Source: a virus (Duplodnaviria > Heunggongvirae > Uroviricota > Caudoviricetes). From it: 20,784 bases of DNA. This document shows positions 17,517 to 20,784 of this stretch, piece after piece; the stretch's first letter is position 1; the number at the start of each line of letters is the position of its first letter. Position numbers and translations under genes: made by a program. A model generated the notes under the pieces. The model was given only the letters and a program-made list of their open reading frames with translations, was not told where the DNA came from and made no database searches. The stretch lies in IMG/VR virus record IMGVR_UViG_2585427760_000005. The stretch is one strand, 5' to 3'.

Positions 17517-17705
17517 ATGCAGGATTACCTTTTGGAGTCTTTGAAACTCCAGCGTATTGATTTTTTTATCAAGCTTGTAGCGGCTAGTGAATGTAGTGAT
17601 GAAGAGAAGCGACTTGCTATCCAGTGGGTTTCTGAGCTGACGGATGAGTTGATGGCGAAAATCAGGAGTCATGAATACACTCGCTCTATGGATCTTCCCG
17701 GTTAG
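17517..17705 (+). CDS. Small SOS-regulated protein (62 aa) in the position of the 186 tum antirepressor; function unverified
   Basis: AGGAGG RBS 4-5 nt before the ATG at 17517, with a LexA box upstream. The track ORF starts earlier at 17487. Confidence 0.5.
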   Translation: MQDYLLESLKLQRIDFFIKLVAASECSDEEKRLAIQWVSELTDELMAKIRSHEYTRSMDLPG

Positions 17706-17718
17706 CAACAGGAACGTT

Positions 17719-17749
17719 GCTGACGTGAGAATCAGATTCTCGCGTCAGC
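17719..17749. other. 31-bp near-perfect palindrome (15-bp arms, one G-T mismatch, 1-nt spacer) just downstream of the small SOS gene
   Basis: GCTGACGTGAGAATC-A-GATTCTCGCGTCAGC, with a smaller hairpin (AGCAAC...GTTGCT) at 17703-17720 immediately before it. No T-tract on either strand. Confidence 0.35.
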
Positions 17750-17995
17750 GAGGTTGAACAACGAGCAAGGTGAGGTGTTCAGCTTTTAGTGGTTTTTTTG
17801 GTATCAAAGCACTATATGTAGCTATCTGAGCAGTGCCGGTTGAATTACGATCAGTTTTTCTTGTCGTAGTCGCCAAAATGAGATAGATAAACGGTTCCAC
17901 AAGATGTTCGCGACCCGGCATTGTTCTATAATCAGGTCATAACAAAAAGAATTAGCAGCAATGCCACATGTATGTAGGCACAGCGAGGAGGTCGT

Positions 17996-18190
17996 ATGAC
18001 TAAGATTTTTGGAAAAATTATCTCAACCCCAGGTCGATGGATGCAGGGTGTTATCCAGCAAGAGATTGAGCAGTCCAACAACAGTAAAATTACTACTGAT
18101 GCTAATGGTAACGCGGTTCTGAACATGGATAATAAGCAGGTTCGGGAATCAATGCAGGCCAGAATGAAAGAGCTTGCTGCAAAACGTTAA
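17996..18190 (+). CDS. Hypothetical small soluble protein (64 aa), first gene of a two-gene module
   Basis: Strong RBS GAGGAGG 4 nt upstream of the ATG. A TATAAT -10-like hexamer lies about 65 nt upstream. AT-rich. Confidence 0.55.
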   Translation: MTKIFGKIISTPGRWMQGVIQQEIEQSNNSKITTDANGNAVLNMDNKQVRESMQARMKELAAKR

Positions 18191-18199
18191 GGATAAACG

Positions 18200-19006
18200 A
18201 TGGGACCATTGGTCATAATGGTTGTACTTGTATGCGGGTTTTGGTACACAGAGAATCACTACCAATCCCGCATACGCCATGCAAGAACTAACGGCTGGAC
18301 ATCATACTTCTATGTTGCAATGCATGGATGTAAATTTGTCATTCAAGGCTTTGGTTTTATTTTGTTTATATACCTTTCGCTACTTGCAATAAGCCTAATT
18401 ATCTCAATCCCTCACGTATTTTCAGCTTCATACGGAATGAAAGACCTTTATTCATGGCTGACTGAAAAGACGCTCCTTTCCTATCCGATGTTTTTTGTGC
18501 TTTCCATGGCGGTTGCCTGTTTACTTGCTTATGTGGCGGGGGATGTAGCTAGGAAAGCCATAAAAAACGAAGAGGTTAGACAGGCGGCTTATCGTGAAAT
18601 GGCAGCAATGGATGGTGTTGAGTCCCTTTTGGTGCAGGCGATTGATGAAGATATGCTGATTTTTGTAACACTAAAATCGCGCAAAGTTTACATCGGATAT
18701 GTTGCTGCACCTCGTATCGAGCACAGCCACACACAGCATTTAGCGATTATCCCTTACATCAGCGGATATCGTGATAAAGATACCCTGCGCTACCATGAAC
18801 AGCACCGCTACTATGAACTGTATCTGGAAGAAGGAATTGCTGCCAATAAGCATGAGCGTGGGCTGAACCTACAACATTTCCGACATGTGATACCAATGGA
18901 TCAGGTAGAAGCTGTTTCATTGTTTGATACACATACCTATGTGTCATTTGACAACTACTCTGTGCCAGAGAAATCAGAGCAGGACACTCAGGATACTACT
19001 GCATGA
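18200..19006 (+). CDS. Hypothetical membrane protein (268 aa; 3-4 predicted N-terminal transmembrane helices plus a roughly 150-aa soluble C-terminal domain)
   Basis: AAGGA RBS 9 nt after the upstream stop. Hydrophobic stretches LVIMVVLVCGFW, FVIQGFGFILFIYLSLLAISLIISI and MFFVLSMAVACLLAYVAG. Followed by a terminator. Confidence 0.6.
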   Translation: MGPLVIMVVLVCGFWYTENHYQSRIRHARTNGWTSYFYVAMHGCKFVIQGFGFILFIYLSLLAISLIISIPHVFSASYGMKDLYSWLTEKTLLSYPMFFVLSMAVACLLAYVAGDVARKAIKNEEVRQAAYREMAAMDGVESLLVQAIDEDMLIFVTLKSRKVYIGYVAAPRIEHSHTQHLAIIPYISGYRDKDTLRYHEQHRYYELYLEEGIAANKHERGLNLQHFRHVIPMDQVEAVSLFDTHTYVSFDNYSVPEKSEQDTQDTTA

Positions 19007-19054
19007 CTATGCCGCATGAATCCGCATGATCGTTTGAAGATCGTTTTAGCTGAG

Positions 19055-19079
19055 GCCCGCTAGGAATGGCGGGCTTTTT
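19055..19079 (+). terminator. Rho-independent terminator (GCCCGC / GCGGGC stem, TTTTT tract)
   Basis: GGCCCGCTAGGAATGGCGGGCTTTTT, immediately after the 18200..19006 gene. Confidence 0.6.
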
Positions 19080-19268
19080 CATACGTCATGCAGTTGCATG
19101 AAAACCACTACACAAAGCGGGCAGGCGTGGCGGGGATACGAGCGCGCGCTGGCACTTTGGATGATCGCTTCACCTGTATGAATGACCACCTTGAAAACTT
19201 GATTGTTCTGGACTTAAGTATGTACTTTATATTCGGAATAATCCGAATTGCTGAAAAGGATTCATGTG

Positions 19269-20290
19269 ATGATAGAAGAATTAACGATCAGAAATGCGGG
19301 TTCATATACTGGGCCAGAACAAAAATTGCATGGTTTATCTACATTTAATTATCTTTATGGAGCTAATGGTGCAGGTAAAACTACTATTAGTAAAATAATT
19401 AATGACCCAGATAATTATCCCGACTGCTTAATTCAGTGGAAAAACGCCAATAAGTTAATTAGTTATGTTTATAATAAGGATTTTGTTGACGATAATTTTA
19501 GTCAAGATAAAATAAAAGGTGTTTTTACCCTAGGGAGCGATATTAAAGGTGCACAAGAGAAGTTGATTTTATTAAATGAGGAAAGAAGTAAGCTTCAAGA
19601 AAAAATAACTACTAAACAAAAATTGTTAAAGGGTAGCTCTGATGATGTGGGTGTTATTAATGAACTGATTGAACAAGATAAAACTTTTAAAGACATTTGT
19701 TGGAAGCAAAAGCAAAAGCATGATGAGGTTTTTTTCAAGGCTTTTGAAGGCTTAAGGAACAGTACTGAAAAATTTAAAGCTCGAGTCCTTTCTGAATTCG
19801 AACAGAACACTGCAGCTTTACTACCACTAAGTGAACTTACTGAAAAGTGCCGTACAGTATTCTCGGATGAACTAGTTTCATACACGCCATTATCTATTCC
19901 TAAATTTGATGGGTTTAAATCTATTTTAAATCATGATATATGGCAGGAGAAAATACTGGGGAAAAAAGATGTCAGCGTTGCTGATTTGATTAGCCTATTA
20001 AATAATAGTGACTGGGTAAAAAGAGGTTTGGAATATTTTCACGAATCGAAGCCCACGTGCCCATTTTGTCAGCAGAATGTCAGTGATGATATTTTTCATA
20101 ATCTCTCATCTTACTTTGATGAAACATATAATAAAAAACAACAACTAATAAATAGATTGCTTTCTGAGTATCATAATCATATACAACGCTTAAAATGGGA
20201 ACTTGATAACATTAGGGATGCAAAGTTACCATTTGTCGATATCGAGACATTTGAAGACAAATCTAATATCATCATTTCTCTTTTAATTAG
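19269..20290 (+). pseudogene. ABC-type (AAA_13/RloC-like) ATPase, N-terminal half with Walker A and coiled-coil CxxC hook-like motif; 3' part removed or displaced by an IS5 insertion at 20290/20291
   Basis: MIEELTIRNAGSY...NYLYGANGAGKTTISKII (Walker A), a K/E/L-rich coiled-coil segment, then CPFCQQ. The ORF runs into the IS5 terminal repeat at 20291, so the last roughly 36 codons of the track ORF (to 20399) are IS5-derived read-through. An AAGGA RBS lies before the ATG at 19269. Confidence 0.65.

Positions 20291-20784
<494 letters not shown>

Noticed and set aside
19088-19348. Track ORF (86 aa) upstream of and overlapping the ATPase start
   Set aside because: It lies in the AT-rich promoter/leader region of the ATPase, has no RBS, and overlaps the better-supported ATPase start at 19269.

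Overview
This window is a mosaic of mobile DNA stacked at an ssrA (tmRNA) integration site, with no housekeeping genes. From left to right: (1) the left end of an IS1 copy (1-300); (2) a CP4-57-like integrative island in inverted orientation, carrying an AT-rich 512-aa cargo gene with SIR2-like motifs, a YagK/YfjJ-family gene, a YfjI-like DUF3987 gene, alpA, a divergent unknown ORF and a P4-type integrase, followed by the ssrA terminator and a 45-bp ssrA 3'-end fragment (att core); (3) an AT-rich gene with a RES-domain-like motif, split by a frameshift in an A10 homopolymer, lying directly downstream of (4) a P2/186-family prophage early region (int, cI, apl-like, cII, a translationally coupled operon including a TraR-like zinc finger, DUF3850-like protein, Dam methylase, PAPS-reductase-like protein and the replication endonuclease A); (5) the variable region after gene A, containing a near-consensus LexA box in front of a small gene, a terminated two-gene module (64-aa protein plus 268-aa membrane protein) of unknown function, and an ABC-type ATPase with a CxxC hook-like motif that is cut by (6) an IS5 insertion (20291 to window end). 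The best candidates for an undescribed system are the two-gene membrane module with the neighbouring IS5-disrupted ATPase, the SIR2-like single gene, and the homopolymer-split RES-like gene. All functional calls rest on motif recognition, gene size and synteny recalled from memory; no database search was run.
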